Source of the DNA: Streblomastix strix
Lineage: Eukaryota
DNA: 40,179 nt
NCBI GenBank assembly: GCA_008636045.1
Contig: SNRW01000025.1
Coordinates: forward strand, 1-40,179
Direction: 5' to 3'
In this document: one piece after another, positions 39,601 through 40,179 of the stretch
Layout: every line of letters begins with the position of its first letter
Position numbering within the stretch: the stretch's first letter is position 1
Program-made: the position numbers and the translations under genes
Notes under the pieces: generated by a model
Told to the model about the DNA's origin: nothing
Seen by the model: only the letters and a program-made list of their open reading frames with translations
Database searches by the model: none

Positions 39601-40179
39601 ATTTTATTATGTCATTCATTTATTCTTATTTTTACTTTTTAAGTATTTCATTATCCTTTTAATTATCTTTTTCTTCAATAATAATTTCTGATTTTAATTA
39701 TTTTTCTTTTTCTTCTAAAACTACATCATTTTTTTGTTCAGATAATGCTTAAGGACAACCCCAAGCAGTGAGAACTTATATTTACTATATTTGCTTGTTT
39801 TCTTCTACTATTCGACTACTTTCTAATTTAGGAATTTCACTCTAGATCTGAGATTAGAGTGATATATTTTATGCTTATTACAAAGAAATTTCTTCAATTG
39901 GACGCAAGAATCCTCTTTATCCTCTTTATCCTCTTTGTAATGTCACTTTCTTATCGATATTTTCTCCATTGTTTTCATATTCATATTCAGACTAAGGAAC
40001 CGTTGGAAGGTAGACTGTTTTTATTGGTAAGTTAAGATTCTATTAGTTTAATTTAATATCTGGAGCTGCAAAGGGACTAAAATATGAGTATGAAGACATT
40101 TCAGGATTTATTGCAACGGCTTCAGTTACAGTTTGAAGAGAATTCGATATGAAATGATTACTTTGAACTTGTTCACATG
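6617..40179 (-). CDS. UBR4: Giant UBR4/p600/BIG-family E3 ubiquitin-protein ligase; 5' partial; TAA/TAG=Gln; at least 11,186 aa in window; apparently one exon over this span
   Basis: Ends ...VEWIANWKI-TGA (stop 6617-6619). Thirteen minus-strand ORF-track fragments (6770, 7685, 8579, 9071, 9536, 12758, 13646, 14204, 17585, 18083, 22739, 25229, 25790) share one frame. I found no in-frame TGA in a line-by-line check of 6617-10440 or in spot checks up to 40179 (not exhaustive). UBR4 motifs occur in the expected order: YHCRTC..CPVCARLLHASH (UBR box), EIVHIEWL..VTKWWAKVFD (propeller), RWIDIP (DOC1-like), ZZ, YLDGEPCEIC..FPIPVMASAFKIEF (DOC2-like), CPHC..CSNCKESAYQCQQCRHIN..LCPECG, QEEFIPGS..GPLFRDLKKRIC..FRLQGLDG (UBL), CFICREG..HIGCH..EWEGAALRN..CNAIFP (hemiRING). 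Confidence 0.95.
8045..8385 (-). other. UBR4 hemiRING (E2-binding catalytic module)
   Basis: LSCFICREG...VTTFSRTHIGCHQSAAASD..KSEWEGAALRNSSTPCNAIFPLY matches my recollection of human CCICREG...HFNIVHYDCH...[22 protein letters not shown]. All four C2HC ligands are present. Confidence 0.9.
10620..11075 (-). other. UBR4 ubiquitin-like (UBL) domain
   Basis: LCPIRQVPEIQLRIKKKQSQEEFIPGSVSDKPFSS..GPLFRDLKKRIC..LEMLVDDKLINLDLSIVAVYEKIW..[insert]..PMLVIFRLQGLDG matches UBR4/BIG UBL motifs as recalled. Confidence 0.88.
15150..15960 (-). other. UBR4 DOC2-like domain plus Cys-rich zinc-binding region
   Basis: LYLDGEPCEICS..AWKRIGEV..TIVFPIPVMASAFKIEF followed by LEKITCPHCG..GMCSNCKESAYQCQQCRHIN..LCPECGNCRF..PPVENEEER. 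Confidence 0.88.
20774..20980 (-). other. ZZ-type zinc finger within UBR4 (as in plant BIG)
   Basis: YDCNNCENSISCSEIRYHCNVCDDYDLCQKC..[insert]..HLFSHSMT gives three CxxC pairs plus HxxxH, with the DYDLC signature. Confidence 0.88.
22880..24160 (-). other. Probable UBR4 DOC1-like region, interrupted by charged inserts and a tandem repeat
   Basis: FESSIDYTRWAKFKGSALN-like segment near 24100-24150, RWIDIP near 23130 and KVRAYG near 22890 resemble recalled UBR4 motifs in the correct order. Boundaries are approximate. Confidence 0.55.
23607..23724 (-). repeat. Coding tandem repeat, 12-bp unit x ~10, encoding (QDNK)n
   Basis: Perfect plus-strand ttattatcttat units, reading TAA GAT AAT AAA on the sense strand in the UBR4 frame. 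The first unit uses CAA. Confidence 0.95.
24300..28160 (-). other. Probable UBR4 WD40-like beta-propeller region, heavily expanded
   Basis: NELLAVAGENRVHVIKL, EIVHIEWLRQLHPILIIVTKWWAKVFDV and FVLMAVDGQGFIY resemble recalled UBR4 blade motifs (YLAVCG.., AVWLPGS..AIVTADFVKIYDL). The downstream boundary is uncertain. Confidence 0.6.
26792..26839 (-). repeat. Coding tandem repeat, 21-bp unit x ~2.3, encoding SP-QQIEQSP-QQIEQSP
   Basis: tggagattattcaattt(a/g)tta-type units; the single difference swaps TAA for CAA. Confidence 0.8.
33428..33800 (-). other. Degenerate UBR box split by two inserts
   Basis: PVYHCRTC-(57 aa)-CPVCARLLHASH-(43 aa)-CSDC, compared with recalled human WYHCHTC-(~8 aa)-CTVCAKVCHKDH-(~10 aa)-CDC. 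Confidence 0.75.
39341..39442 (-). repeat. Coding tandem repeat, 30-bp unit x ~3.4, encoding (EKDQNKEQDK)n; degenerate copies extend to ~39575
   Basis: Plus-strand ttctttattttaatctttttctttatctta is repeated exactly. Confidence 0.9.
39911..39937 (-). repeat. Coding 9-bp repeat x3 encoding QRGQRGQRG
   Basis: Sense strand reads CAA AGA GGA TAA AGA GGA TAA AGA GGA. Confidence 0.8.

Noticed and set aside
6617..40179. Pseudogene interpretation of the many in-frame TAA/TAG
   Set aside because: Only TAA/TAG interrupt the frame and never TGA where checked. They align to conserved Gln, no frameshifts were seen, and the catalytic motifs are intact.

Overview
AT-rich eukaryotic genomic DNA in which TAA and TAG are read as Gln and TGA is the only stop (translation table 6 type). 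The supplied standard-code ORF track is therefore fragmented and mostly misleading. Read in this code, the window holds two minus-strand genes. (1) 6617..>40179 is a giant UBR4/p600/BIG-family E3 ubiquitin ligase. It stays in one frame everywhere I checked and gives at least 11,186 codons, with the 5' end outside the window. It has a split, degenerate UBR box, beta-propeller motifs, DOC1- and DOC2-like regions, a ZZ finger, a Cys-rich Zn region, a UBL domain and an intact C-terminal hemiRING. It is more than twice the human length because of Gln/Ser/Pro-rich and charged low-complexity inserts. (2) <1..5792 is a three-exon gene of at least ~1,890 codons with an N-terminal degenerate FYVE-like finger and two short GTTTG...AG introns. 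The ~820 bp spacer contains a short GC-rich, hairpin-capable island (~6431-6545) that may be a dispersed repeat or ncRNA. The code, intron style and insert-rich proteins suggest an oxymonad such as Streblomastix; this is inference, and ciliates or hexamitids are not excluded. All homology comparisons are from memory, not from a search.
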